Positions 24,951 through 38,374 of a stretch of DNA of 64,000 nucleotides are shown here, piece after piece. This DNA comes from Octopus vulgaris. Taxonomy: Eukaryota. The position numbers and the translations under genes were made by a program. The stretch is taken from positions 37,076,001 to 37,140,000 of the forward strand of contig OX597814.1 of the NCBI GenBank assembly GCA_951406725.2, written 5' to 3'. The notes beneath the pieces are model-generated. The model did no database searches, was not told the origin of the DNA, and was given only the letters and a program-made list of their open reading frames with translations. Position 1 is the first letter of the stretch. Each line of letters starts with the position of its first letter.

Positions 24951-25784
24951 ACGGATATGTGTGTGTAAACGGTCAGAGAGAGGTGGAGGAAGAGAAATGT
25001 TAATATTTTTAATGCATTTAATATACGTGTTTCACGTAATTATTTAAGATAACCTAACTTACTTCCTTCTTCAGTCGAATAATTCCAAACGTAAACGGTA
25101 AATCAAACGTTGTTTGGTCTTTCTTTCTCTTCCTTTCTTTCTTTATTTCTCTCTCTCTCTCTTTCTCTCTCCTTCACTCTTATATACGATTGCGGATATA
25201 TAAGTATGTATGTACATTCACATAACATATGCACGTGGTTTTTAGGTACGCTTCTTAGCCATAGACTCATGTCAGCGCCTGTATTATCCACATGCTTTTC
25301 TTTGAGTTTTAGATTCCACGACTAAGTGTGGAAACTACAATATTTCGTTTTATTGGACTACAGTTCCAAGCCTAGCTTTGCGACCTTTATTCTGTTACGA
25401 AAATTTGATTGCATTTGAGTTTGTTGAAGCTTACCGAAGTAACGTATCATAGCATAATATTACTCTAAATTATGGCTTTGATTTCCTTACGTACGTAAGA
25501 TTGTTTACTTTGTGAAGTGTAATAAAAAAAATAATAGATAACAACACTTAATGTCGAAGAGTGATAAATATATAAAATATTTATAGTGTTCAGCTGTGTT
25601 CTATCTTAGAAGTAAAACAACCAGTGTAAGAAATATGAAGTATAACACTACCAGAAGAATCAGTTGTTTTCGAGAAATGCGATACAAAATAAAGTATATA
25701 TTTGGTTGCATTTAATAAGTTTCCCCCGCACGATCTTAAAGTTTCTATAATAGACGTGTTGTTTCCATGGGTATTGTAGTTGTT

Positions 25785-25916
25785 GACGGGCTTCTTTTAG
25801 TTTCCGTCTACCAAATCCTCTCACAAGGTTTTGGTCGGCCCGAGAATATAGTAGAAGACACTTACCGAAGGTTCCACGAAGTGGGACAGAACCCGGAAAC
25901 ATGTGATTGGTAAGCA
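25785..25916 (-). mobile_element. SINE family B fragment
   Basis: gacgggcttcttttagtttccgtctaccaaatcc...gaacccggaa. Confidence 0.88.
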
Positions 25917-25929
25917 CTACTACTACTAC

Positions 25930-25974
<45 letters not shown>

Positions 25975-26165
25975 AAAGCCTGAACTTTGGGGTAGTGGAT
26001 AGTCGTTTTCATTGACCCTAGTGTTTCAGTGCTACTTAATTTATCGACTATCAAAGGATGAAAGGCAAAGTCGACCTCGATGGAATTTGAACTCAGAACG
26101 TAGCGGCAGACGACGTATCTCTGAGCATTTTGCCGGGCGACGTAACGATTCAGCCAGCTCACCAC
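25975..26165 (-). mobile_element. SINE family A embedded in (ACT)n
   Basis: ggatgaaaggcaaagtcgacctcg...ggaatttgaactcagaacg...ccagctcacc; (ACT)n at 25916-25974 and 26169-26337. Confidence 0.88.
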
Positions 26166-26190
26166 ATTACTACTACTGCTGCTGCTGCTG

Positions 26191-26260
<70 letters not shown>

Positions 26261-26289
26261 TACTACCACTACTACTGCTACTACCACTG

Positions 26290-26337
<48 letters not shown>

Positions 26338-26356
26338 ATAATAATAATAATAATAC

Positions 26357-26990
26357 AGGTGGAGCCTCATGGGTTGATTATTAAAGATACATCTAGCATC
26401 CAGTATGGTGTCACAATAAAAACACTGATAATTGCGCAACCTGATAATCGCTACCTCATATGAGTGACAATGGAAAAACAAAATATTGTGAATAACGGTG
26501 GGAATGAAACTGAAGTCAACGATGAAGACAGCGGTATACACGGCGTAGCTGGAGCAAGCAAATTAATGCTGTTGTCATGGAGTGTTACTAACTGAGCAGC
26601 CTGTTAGATGAAAATGGGGCTCAAATTAGGAGTTACCGACCACGTATGTATGGTCAATGGAGAGAAAAGTGATTGTTTCAACTCACGGAACAGAGACTAT
26701 GTTATCAAGCTAGAGCAATAAGGACAAATTGTTGGTTCACACAAGTAGAGCTCGAAGCGATCAAAAGACGGATTATGTGAAATAGCAGCAGAGATAACAA
26801 GGAAAACACAGCTCTTATTAATAAGAGTAATCCCATAGCGACATTATTTGCAAATTTAAAAGGTTGATCGATGGAAATTGAACCAAGAAACGAAAAATGT
26901 TAATGAAATTCTGAAATACATCAGAACAAACAACATCACAGAAACAAATATTTTGATCAAGGCAGCAAGTATTGTTGCAGCAGAAAACGT
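26357..26990 (+). mobile_element. R4/Dong-like LINE 5' portion (N-terminal domain), decayed
   Basis: INAVVMECY*LS..DENG.QIRSYRPRMYGQWREK*LFQLTEQRLCYQARAIRTNCWFTQVELEAIKRRI and VNEILKYIRTNNITETNILIKAASIV. Begins immediately after (AAT)n. Confidence 0.75.
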
Positions 26991-27063
26991 GGGTGTGGGT
27001 ACAGTGGGCTTCGTACATTTCTATCCCAGGGTCACTTTGTAGGAGAAGAGAAGAAGAATATTA

Positions 27064-27118
27064 AGAAGAAGAAGAAGAAGGATGAGGAGGAGGATCGGAA
27101 GAAGAAGAAGAAGAAGAA

Positions 27119-27149
<31 letters not shown>

Positions 27150-27229
27150 AAGCAGAAGAAGAAGAAGAAGAAGAAGAAGCAGAAGAAGAAGAAGAAGAAG
27201 AAGAAGCAGAATAATAATAATAATAATAA

Positions 27230-27269
<40 letters not shown>
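27064..27269. repeat. (GAA)n-rich polypurine microsatellite
   Basis: About 200 bp of GAA with GCA and AAT interruptions. Confidence 0.97.
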
Positions 27270-27270
<1 letters not shown>

Positions 27271-27849
27271 GTACATGCGTGTGTGTCTACTCACATTACT
27301 TTGTACAAAGTTAAAATTTAACTGCTGTTGTGATTCACATTAATGTTACTAGGATTTCACACTTCTAGAGTATACTTGTGATTAATTAGGAAGATATATA
27401 ATCATTAAGTCGCAGTTTCATAGAAATATGAATGCAGATCGAAGGTTCCGGATTTTATGTTGTAAATAGTGTGTCAATATCGTGATCATCAACGGACATT
27501 ATTACGCAATATTCGTAAAATGAGAGGTCAATGCTATTTGGGGATTCGAAGAATAGCCTTGAGAAATCTTATCAGATGACGATAATTGGACAATATCTTC
27601 TGACCACCGGTTTGGTTAGGTGATATCTCCCTCTAATTGGTTGTCTGCTTGTCTTACTTTCGGGAAAAAAATCTTGAATTTTACTCTTCGCTTATTATGG
27701 AATTGCATTATCAAAACTACAAAATTATTGAAAAGTTGCTCAGTTAATTTATTACTGCGTTTTAATCCATTTGGCTCAGTAACAAGTAATATTATGTATG
27801 TCTCCAATTCAACAAGGGGATATATTAATGGTAATGATCCATGAAAGGA

Positions 27850-28470
27850 TTTGTCCTGAGTCATGTGTCGAAAGGGCTGTTACGAACTTTAGATATACAA
27901 CTACCGAGTTTTCGGCCTAAATATGATGATTTTTTCTCCCCTTTTCAGAAACAGTTTCATGGACAGTCAACTACGTTGGAGAACATAATGATTAAAGTTG
28001 TAGATGAGAAACATCAGCTGACGTGGTGTGCTGGAAACCATCTGAATACTGGAAAAGGTATATTGCATCATGATGATATGCGCCGGTTATCAAAATGCTG
28101 ACATCATGACTGCTGTACATTGCTTTGTAAACACTGTATAGGCTGTTAGATGTGACATGGACACTTACAACGAAGACCACGAAGCTGTAGCTAGCAGGAA
28201 GTTAGTTACCTTTGGAAGTGTCTCCTGTGCGGGTGGCATCATGCCGCCACACATCTTTGAACGGGGTCTTAAGGTCGTTTGAGACAGTTATGCGGAGCTA
28301 CTGGAGAATCCAGCCAAATCCTGGATAGAGATAGTTGCTGCTAGAAAGACATGCGTGGCAACAGGTTTCAGCACTTTTCGATATCATCGTAAATAGACAG
28401 AAGTTGTTGTCGCAGAATTTCTACGACTTCATCAACCTCAGTTTCGGGCTTCCTAATTCCCCTAATTTTG
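27850..28470 (+). mobile_element. Decayed Tc1/mariner-superfamily (maT/DD37D-like) transposase fragment
   Basis: Pieces VSCAGGIMPPHIFERGL, YAELLE..AKSWIE, WQQVSA, LSQNFYDF, PNSPNF. Confidence 0.75.
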
Positions 28471-28659
28471 TTATGTTACGATTATATTATACTTTAGTTT
28501 GATTTTAATTATTACTTAATACACATAATTCAATTGTTATTATTATTTTTATTGTTAAAGTGAAAGTATCTGACATAAAATAGAGATACGTTTTTGTTTC
28601 ACTTTTAGCACGTAATACTGAAACAGTGGAGAAGATATGATATTGCTATGGGCTCGCTC

Positions 28660-28822
28660 TAGGCAAGAAGTTGAACATTTTGTGTTTGCTCATGAAACTA
28701 CATGGACCCTAAGTAAGGCATGTGTAAAATTTGAACGAAATTGGTTGTGCAGTTCTCAAGTTTTAGGGAAACACACTGACAGGCAGACATACAGACACAC
28801 ATTCTCAGTTTTATATATAGAG
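28660..28822 (+). mobile_element. Non-autonomous Helitron-like 3' end
   Basis: tgtgtaaaatttgaacgaaattggttg...agtt...acagacacacatt...ttttatatatag resembles Lep1/HINE-type ends that carry a (CAGA) tract (by recall). Confidence 0.45.
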
Positions 28823-29318
28823 AGACGTTAAAAGTATATTAAATATAGTATAGTGTCTATTAGATTAATTATTGTTATCAATATTTATTTTAAAGTCTAT
28901 CACATTAAATAATTCTGCTAAATCCTTTTCAATCTACCGTTGATATATCCGTTCATATTGCAGATAATTGAATATACCTCATCGCTGTAATCTCCAGATT
29001 GGTAAGTGCAACAAAAATTGCACATGAAGGGTGATCTAATGCTCAGTAAACCCGCGATGAGGAGGATTTGAGGGACAGCCACCACTAGTTGTGTACCATT
29101 ACGATTTTTGTATAAAAATGACTTATTGCAATCATTATTTTTTGTTTTCTGGAACGAATTGTAACTTAGAATTCAGAGGTTTTTGAACGAAGTACACACA
29201 AATAAACAGTTCACAATTGCGAGTGGAGGAATCCACCGATTAAATGTTTTAATATATTTGATACAATATCAACGATGCTCCGGTCCCAGTAGAATGTCCA
29301 TGATATAGTATAGATGAA

Positions 29319-29528
29319 GGCGGCGAGCTGGCAGAAAGTTAGCATCTGGGGCAAAATGCTTAGCGGTATTTCGTCTGTCTTTATGTTCTGAGTTCAAATT
29401 CCACCGAGGTCGACTTTGCCTTTCATCCTTTCGGGGTCGATAACTTAAGTATCAGTTGCGTAGTGGGGGCAATCTAATCGACTGACCCCTCCCACCAAAT
29501 TTGGGGTCTTGTGCCTACAGTAGAAAAG
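29319..29528 (+). mobile_element. SINE family A with 17-bp TSD
   Basis: gatatagtatagatgaa at 29302-29318 and 29529-29545 flanks GGCGGCGAGCTGGCAGAA...GTAGAAAAG. Confidence 0.95.
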
Positions 29529-29683
29529 GATATAGTATAGATGAATTTGATAACTATTTCCAAATGTGCCGATAAATGGTTTATTGACCAACTGTTTTGG
29601 CTGGAGAAATACCGGATCTGTTCCCCTTAAAAATTACGTAATGTTTATAACGGGGAATCGCTAGTTCAAATTTTATCTATTTA

Positions 29684-30072
29684 CTCTTTTACTTGTTTCA
29701 GTCATTTGACTGCGGCCATGCTGGAGCACCGCCTTTAATCGAGCAACTCGACCCCGGGACTTATTCTTTTGTAAGCCTAATACTTATTCTATCGGTCTCT
29801 TTTGCCGAACGGCTACGTGACGGGGACATAAACACACCAGCATCGCTTGTCAAGCAATGCTGGGGGACAAACACAGACACACAAACAAATACACACATAT
29901 ATGTATATACATATATACGACGGGCTACTTTCAGTCTACCAAATCCACTCACAAGGCTTTGGTCGGCCCGAGGCTATAGAAGAAGACACTTACCCAATGT
30001 GCCACGCAATGGGACTGAACCCGGAACCATGCGGTTGGTAGACAAGCTACTTACCACACAGCCACTCCTGCT
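29684..30072 (-). mobile_element. Full-length SINE family B
   Basis: Colinear with and highly similar to 7094-7489. Confidence 0.93.
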
Positions 30073-31347
30073 CACGAAATTGTGTGATTTGCTTTTATAT
30101 ACATGGTAATATTTGTGGCAATGTTTTTCACATGTTTTATCAACGCTGACATTCAAGGAGTTTGAAAAAAGAGGTTGAGTTTATTTTGTTGATATTCTAA
30201 ATTTTTGTCTGCAAATAATTGGGAGAATTCTTTCAACAATTTCATACAACATACTAGCTGCAAAAATCCACGAAAGACTTTCATGTCGTATAGAAATGCT
30301 TAAGTATTTTAATTTCCAACTTGCTAGATTTTAATGTGGTGTTCAGTAGCGATGGCGTTGTACATATGGACTTTTAAATTCTAAATTCTAATTTTGTTGT
30401 CAAATTTTCCGGTAATAAATATCTAAAAAGAGAAATCCAAAATCATGAATTCGCTTACGATTACTATTTCGTGGTATGGTTTAGCAACTTCATGGATATC
30501 AATGGAAATTCCGTCAAATCTTGAAGATGTTCGAAGTCATATTTACAATGTTTTCTGCTCGACATATTGGTAGGGTTCGACATATGTAAACTGATTGTAT
30601 GGTTCGTATTTCAAAACAAGAAAAAGTTTACGTGAAACATAGAGTAGAGACTATATTTAGTGAGAAAGAATATGAAAAAATCGATTCGATTTTATCCACA
30701 GTAAAATTTACTGGTTACGTCATACATTTCTAGAAACAGTAGGAGAACGTCGAGCTGATATATCCTACATACTCTCAAATGAAATATAAAGAAATCTATT
30801 ATTTCTATTCGGCTTCAAATCGCTTAAAAAATATGATCATACAGCTGGGACACCAACAACCAAATTGTAAATGCTAAAAGTCTTATATGTCCTCAATTGG
30901 GAGACACTGTTTCCCTAAAGTATCATATATCTTGTGTCCAAAAGAGTATAGAATTATACTGCCTGTTGTTATTTATCAACTCACTGGGATTAATTTTATG
31001 AATCATTACCAACAGCATATTCAATATTTAACTCAATGAATAATGACGCTCGATATACTTGGACGTCGATTATTTGGAAGATGGTAAATAACTAAACTCT
31101 GTGCAGTAATAGGGAGCATCTTTAAGGTACACCATATTTCAACAAAGCTGTTTGTAAGCTAATATATTATTGTCACTTCTGGCGCGCAGCACACGGAACC
31201 ACATGGAGAATAACGATTCTCCCGATCAAAATCTTTGCAGATGTAGACTCATTAAGAATTGTTTGTTAATCATAATCTAACTACCTGTCTAAATAACCAA
31301 GTAACACTAGAGATGTCATCCGAAATATTGACTATACTGAGAACGTA

Positions 31348-32636
31348 CGAGGGACGTTCAATAAGTAATGCCTCTGACCCACTTACAATTGTTGGATCTA
31401 GCTGCAATTTTGCGGGTGCAATCATTGATATCTCTATAGAGTAAGTGGTACATTACAGCTCTGAATTAATCGTGGTTTCTGATTTACAGGTGTTTGAACC
31501 GAGTCAAGTGTGAAATGGAGCCTGTTGAGTGTCGAGCAGTGATCCGGTTTTTGTATTTGAAAGGACGCACACCACGGGAGACTTTTGATAAAATGAAAGT
31601 AACTTATGGTGATGATGCACCATCATATGACCTTGTAAAACGCTGGCATTGTGAATTCAAACATGGTCGGAACTCTGTGGAAACAGCTCCCAGATCTGGT
31701 CGCCCCTTCTGCCATTGATGAGGCATCTGTCCGTCAAGTTGAGGCTGCCATTTTGGAAGATCGACGGATAATTATTCGCCAAATAGCCCATGAGGTCAAG
31801 ATTAGTACCGGGTCTGTGGAAACTATCATTCATGACCATTTACATATGCAAAAGGTGTCTGCCAGATGGATTCCCAGGTTGCTCACGCCTTTCCAGAAGC
31901 AAGGACGCGTCGAGTGCTCGAGGGTGAATTTGGAGATGTGCCAAGAAGATGAGTCAAAATTTTTCAAAAGACTGATTACACAGAATGAAACCTGGGCCCA
32001 TCACGATGATCCAGAGACCAAAGCCCAGTCAATGCAGTTGAAGCACCGTGACTCACCCCTCCAAAGAAGGCAAGGGTGCAGCCCTCCGCTGGCAAGGTCA
32101 TGCTCACAGTCTTCTGGGACCAGGACGGAGTAATGATGACAGATTTCCTGGCAAAGAGTACCACAATTGCAGGAGCCTATTATGCTTCACTTTTGAGGAA
32201 ATTAAGTGAAGTTATCAAAATCAAGAGGCGGGGCAAGATCAGCAAAGACATCCTCCTCCTGCAGGACAATGCTCCGGTCCACAACTCGCTTGTCGCCAGA
32301 TCAGAAGCACAGGCGTATGGCTATGAACTCCTCCCCCATCCCCCTACTTTCCTGACCTAGCACCCTCTGATTTTCACCTCTTCCCAGTCATGAAGTTGGT
32401 TTTGAAAGGAAAGCGTTTCCCAGATGATGCAGCCTTGATTTCTGAAGTCACGTTGAGATTGGAGGACCAAGCTGGGGTCTTCTACAAAAACGGTCTTCAG
32501 AGCTGCATCAAACAATGGGAGAAATGCGTAACTCTGAGTGGTTCCCATGTAGAAGAAGACTAATATCTGTGCCAAGTTTCGTTGCTCTATTGCTATGGGA
32601 AGTGGGACAGGGGCATTACTTATTGAACGCCCCTCG
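31348..32636 (+). mobile_element. Full-length mariner element (1289 bp) with TIRs and TA TSD
   Basis: TA|CGAGGGACGTTCAATAAGTAATGCC ... GGCATTACTTATTGAACGCCCCTCG|TA. Confidence 0.97.
31515..32563 (+). pseudogene. Mariner (DD34D) transposase pseudogene
   Basis: MEPVECRAVIRFLYLKG, APRSGRP, KVSARWIPRLL, ITQNETW (first D to N), AGKVMLTVFWD, LQDNAPVH, LAPSDFHLF. Split over three frames by frameshifts. Confidence 0.95.
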
Positions 32637-33006
32637 TATGCGTGTGTATGATGTGGAGGAAGTTAGATTCTATTTTGTAAGTGCACTTCATGCGGAACTT
32701 TGTCCAGAAGTCACAGATTTATACTCATTTACATCATTATTGATATAAATGTTTATTTGGTTGTAATTAAAATGCTTACTTTTCATAAGTTTCTTTTGTA
32801 CCATAAAGACATTGAAATGCCTGCTCGATACAAATACGTAGATAGAATCAAATGATATTTTTTAAAGACAATTGGTAATATTTTATGACGGTGATTAAAC
32901 TTTTTGCACTCTGACAACAAAAGTTACTGAAATATATTACTATTCTATTTCCTATTACACACACACGCACACACACACATACCCCCCCACACACACAAAC
33001 ACACAT

Positions 33007-33051
<45 letters not shown>

Positions 33052-33594
33052 TATATAAGGTATGCAATATTAATACTGCATACCACTTCATAAAACGGTC
33101 ATCAATAGCTTTGAAATTTTGATGGTAACCTAAAAGAAATGGCTAAACATTATAGACATTTAGCAGATATTTGAAAGAACAAGAATGTTTATAACGACAT
33201 AACTCTAATACCAAACAGTAGTGCAAAGAAACTGCTCAACGAAACGATTTTAATAACGTATAAAATGTTTCCGGAACTACTTGCGCCTCTGAACAAATCA
33301 AAAGAGGTGATGTAGCAGTGTGGGTGATGGTGGTGGTTCATGAGTGAACTTAATGAAATACGTATTATCAGTAACTAAAATACCATTAAAAGATATTATT
33401 ATAAATATCTTTAGAAAACTATAATTTTGACCTTGAACAAAAGCTCGCTCTTCTCCTACAACTGATACATTAATAGAACACATCAGTAAGCAAGATTAAA
33501 CTAACTTTATTTCAAATTGAACTGACATGAGATATTACAATTTTCGATTATTTTGTAAATCATTGAGATAACTCGAAATCTCTTTTCACTTTTA

Positions 33595-33985
33595 TCTTTC
33601 ACTTGTTTCGGTCATTAGACTGCAGCCATGCTGAAGCACAACATTGAAGAATTTTAGTCGAACGAATCGACCCCCAGTGCTTCCTTTTTTTTTTAAAGCC
33701 TGACATTCTATTTTTTTAAAGCCTGACATTCTATTGGACACTTTTGCTGAAAGGCAAATTTACGGGATGCAGGCACACTATCGCCGATTGTCAAAGGGTG
33801 TTAGGAGACACTCAAACATAAACATACTCACATACATTATGGGTTTCTTTACGTTTCTGCCTACCAAATCCACTCACACGGAAAGAATCTTTAGTAGAAG
33901 ACACTTGTCCAAAGTGCCACGCTGTAGGACTGAAGCCGGAGCCATTTGGCTGTGAAGGAAAATACTTCAACACAACTATCCCTAA
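33595..33985 (-). mobile_element. SINE family B, diverged
   Basis: acttgtttcggtcattagactgcagccatgctg...ctaccaaatccactcac...agaagacacttgtccaaagtgccacgc; internal ~23-bp tandem duplication at ~33690-33735. Confidence 0.85.
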
Positions 33986-34391
33986 TACATATAAAAATAC
34001 TTCTTTATTAGTATTGGGACAATTGTACATTTTAGAAGGAATCGTTTACTGATAGATAATGCAGCACTGAAATGCAACCACTAGTCTACTGGCCGAGACT
34101 GGCACTATATTAAACCAAATGAAATGAAGTCGAAAGCCGATCTCGGCGAAATTGAACTCAGAACGCCAAAGTCCAGAATAAATTCCCCGAATAATGTTGT
34201 CGAAAGTTCTGAAAAACCTGGCAGTTTGTTGACACCGGAAAAATAAAAGACATTTCACACTGAGCAGCACTTTTTTCTCAATGGATATCACCTTCTAATA
34301 TAATGGTGAGCGTAGTGTTTTTATATATATGTATATATATATATATACGTGTGTATGTAAATATATATATACACACATACACACACACACG

Positions 34392-34438
<47 letters not shown>

Positions 34439-37400
34439 TTGCCCAAAATCACGAAGTAGGAGGTGAGGGTGTGAGAGAAAGAGTAATATTAGTGCAGGGA
34501 GCGGAGAGAAAAGAGTAATTCAATGACGGAGAAGTAATGAGAGTAATAGCCGTGACAAAGGGAATGAGAGACAGCAATAGCAATGAGAGAGAGGAAGTGG
34601 TAAAGAGAGCATCATGTCCACACGCAATTGGAGGAGTTGAAGTAGGAACAAATTGCTGCGATACAAACGCAGTTTTAGAGTGCGTTTGTAGTAATGTCAT
34701 CATGTACACACATATTTACACACACGCATTCACACACACATATATTGTAATGAAGAAAATACAACAAGGTTAACAATCAATGGGAATGATTCGTTTTGAA
34801 ATGAATATTAACAGGAGTATCATTGACAAGAACATTTAGTTAGAAACTGTTGATTATATCATGTTCAGCACATCCTACTATATGCCTACTATATCCTACT
34901 ACGTCCTACTATATGCCTCCAGATGCTTCCCTGTAAAATATGTTTGACGGACACTCAGAAGAATCATTCCAAAGGTGAAATATTTTGTTTACATTTTACT
35001 ATGATCATTTGCTCTAATATTTGGTTTCCAATGTGTGAATTTACGGTATATAGTGTTTGTTACCATTTCACTGATAATTTTAGTTGAACCCAATGAGAGG
35101 TTTACTCAATGGGACCTGTATCTTAGTGCTGTCCATCTGAGTGGAAGTAAGGAAGGAGAGGACGCCTTTATTCCGCATATCGATCTCCGTCCTAGTGAGA
35201 CAACTTTCCCATTAGTATGAGTAGACGACAGTTTCTGTTATCCTAGCATTTGCAATAAATATAAACAAATCACAAGGCCAGAGCTTCAATAATGTTGGCA
35301 TCATCATATCATCATCAGTATTTAGCCATGTACAACTTGATGCTGCTTTGGGAAGTAGAAGCAGTTATAATATTGAAATGCTGGTAAAATTCCATCCAAA
35401 ACAAAGCGAATTCATTGGTGGTAGGGTTTTCGCTAAAAACATTGTGCTGAAGTAACTGCTAAGATATTGGTCGTAATATTTTAATGTTAATGTTATTATC
35501 TGTATTATTTTCAAGCTGTATTTCTGACAGCAAGTGTACACTAGTTCATAAGAAGACTGTTGATATTCACGTTGTTAAATAGGAAAACATTAACCCCCCT
35601 ATTGTCTGTCATGAGAATGACAATATGTTACTGTATGCAATATTTTAATATGTAAGCATCCAGTGTATCTTCGCTGAATTTATACATAAATATTTCGGCC
35701 CATATGAGTATCTCTAACAATCCAGGTTGTGTACCGATCAACATTTGATTTATACATCTAGCTTTCGCTTACTTTACTTCTATTACTTACTATCTGCTTC
35801 ACTTTATTTCGTTTCTGAAACTCAAGGAATTATATCATTTCAAACCCAAAGGATAGCAACATATACACGACGGTGTCAGCTGCGAAGATATCGGCACTTG
35901 ATTAAAAAGGCAACAATTCGAAATGATTTCCTTTGACAACTCCTAAATAATTTACTCATCCATGTCAACATCACCCACTTTTACTCAAATTGGAATTTAG
36001 CCTATTCTTAATTAACATGTTATAGATTGTCCTATTCTACAGAAGATCAAAATCTCACACTTACCAACTATGTTCTCTCATTGAAACTTGAATTAATTAC
36101 AGGCGATAGGAACAATTATAAACAGTACTTGCGTAGTCACCTCCTTTCATCTCTAAATCTCTCAAGTTTTCATCAATTCGATTGCTGAAAGTAACGGGGG
36201 TAAGCGGTTCTACCTTATTAGTTTTATCTTGATCGTCAGGAAAAGCAGCCTAGCTGTAGATCTTATATGAAAATCCCACTTCAGTGTTTGGCATGAGAAC
36301 ATTTCAACCCCTTTGTATGACAACATTCTTTCTTGAACTGAATTGGAAGCTTTAGATATTACCTTCAATCTCTCTACAATGTTGCATAGTAAGATTAAGA
36401 TCCTGTTAGATCTCTAACATTCTAGTAATTCCACATTATTATGATTAACTGTACAGTTTTATACAAATACTTTCGGCTTCCTGAACTCAAAATGAAGCAG
36501 ATAACCGTCATCAACTTGCAAAATGTTTCAAACAATCTTGCATTGCCATTTTCATTAGACACCTTCGAAATAGTTTTAAATTAGAACTTGACTATTTTAA
36601 CAACACAATGCATATTTTTCATAGGTTGGTTCTTATAACAAATCGTATAATTTTTCAATTGAATAAACGCAGTAAAAATACGATTATTTAATGTTTATCA
36701 TAACGATTAGAAACCAAATGCTACAAAATAGTTTAATCCATGTTACAAAATTGTGTCTCTGACTGGCTTAAGTAAAACTTAAACTTCAGAAGACTGTTCA
36801 TATTTCAATGGCGTTGATACGACAATATACGACTATATACGACTACATATTTAAACAGGCTCTGAAACATTCTAAACAGCTATTATAATGAACCGCCAAG
36901 CTTCTCTCACCAACATAATGTTCCCGCCAGCTAACGTAGGTGCTGTTTCCACCAGATAAATTTCCTACAAGTAGATCGTATATTCTGCTGCCAAGGATCT
37001 GTATTATACAATTGGAAACCAAGTTAAAGAATTTATGTAAATGTAAAGCTATCTTATCTTCGGTGTTTGCTAATTAGAATGAACAATGTAGTGAATTGCA
37101 TCTCATTAGTATGTATTGTATAGCGTATAGAAATATAGAGTTCAGTATTAGAAATCGGAACAGTACAGGTAAATTATAGTATAAATGTTGTATGGCTCAA
37201 TATGTTTTTTGTTTCTCGGGGCTATGCTCCTCACGGTTTGTATAATTTTGTTGCACACTTGGATCAAAATTTCACAGATATCACGACTATGATATTTTGT
37301 TACAAGATTTGCGATAATCCATTAACAGTTACAATAAAAGAAATGCCGTTTTGGCGTTTCATTGACCTATACATTGTTCAAACTGATCATCAATCACATC

Positions 37401-38267
37401 TGTCTCTCTACAAAGCTCTTGAGCACTATTCTATTCCCTTTAACTGCTTTATCAAAATTGTCATGAAATGTACTATTTTTGTACTATAACCTCAAATATA
37501 TTAACTCGGAAAACATACAGCAGATTCTCTAATTTGTTATTTCAAATTATCTATTGCTTTAGTGCGGAACAAATGATATCAATGTCCGATAAATACTATT
37601 TATGAAAGCAACGAAAAGAAAATGGAATATATGTGTATACACACACATACACACATACACACACATACACGCACACACACACACACACACACACAAATTG
37701 ACACATCTGCACTCACTTGTACTTTTGACGCAGTTAGGTCTCTCAGCATATACCGATGCACTCAATTATGTAGGCTTTCTCTGTCAACCACCTTTTTATT
37801 TCCGTCTCAACGTTATTCAGCTTAATTAGTTTCTGATAAACATGAACCCGTTCTGCTTCATTGCACTGCATGTTTTCATCCCTCCCTGCTAAATAATATT
37901 TACGAAGCTTCAGCTGTCGGAAACATAGTTATTATTTTCTTTTACTTCCGAGAGTAAGAAACGAACCTGCGCTTTCGTTTCTCACATTCTGTTTCGGCTT
38001 TTGGACATAATTTGCCTTCGGCACAAATTTATTGTAGCGAATAGTGTTAAATACTCTGAATATAACAATAAATGGGAAATTCGTTTCTTTCAGCTAATGT
38101 TTTCAGAGAGTAAAATACTTACAAAATTGTATGCAAATTATATATTAAACATTCTGCAAACACTTTCTAGATATAAGACTTCATTATTATTCTAATACAT
38201 ACATATATATATGTATGTATGTGCATATATGTATGTATGTATGCGTGTATATATATGTATGCGTATA

Positions 38268-38374
<107 letters not shown>

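Noticed and set aside
34872-34918. Short tandem repeats (cctactatatg)n; also 36816-36850 and a 22-bp doublet at ~55920-55963
   Set aside because: Ordinary slippage duplications with no spacers, so not CRISPR-like.
37985-38025. Minus-strand GUGCCGAAGGC...GCCGAAAC hammerhead-like string
   Set aside because: Two core mismatches and no convincing stem I.
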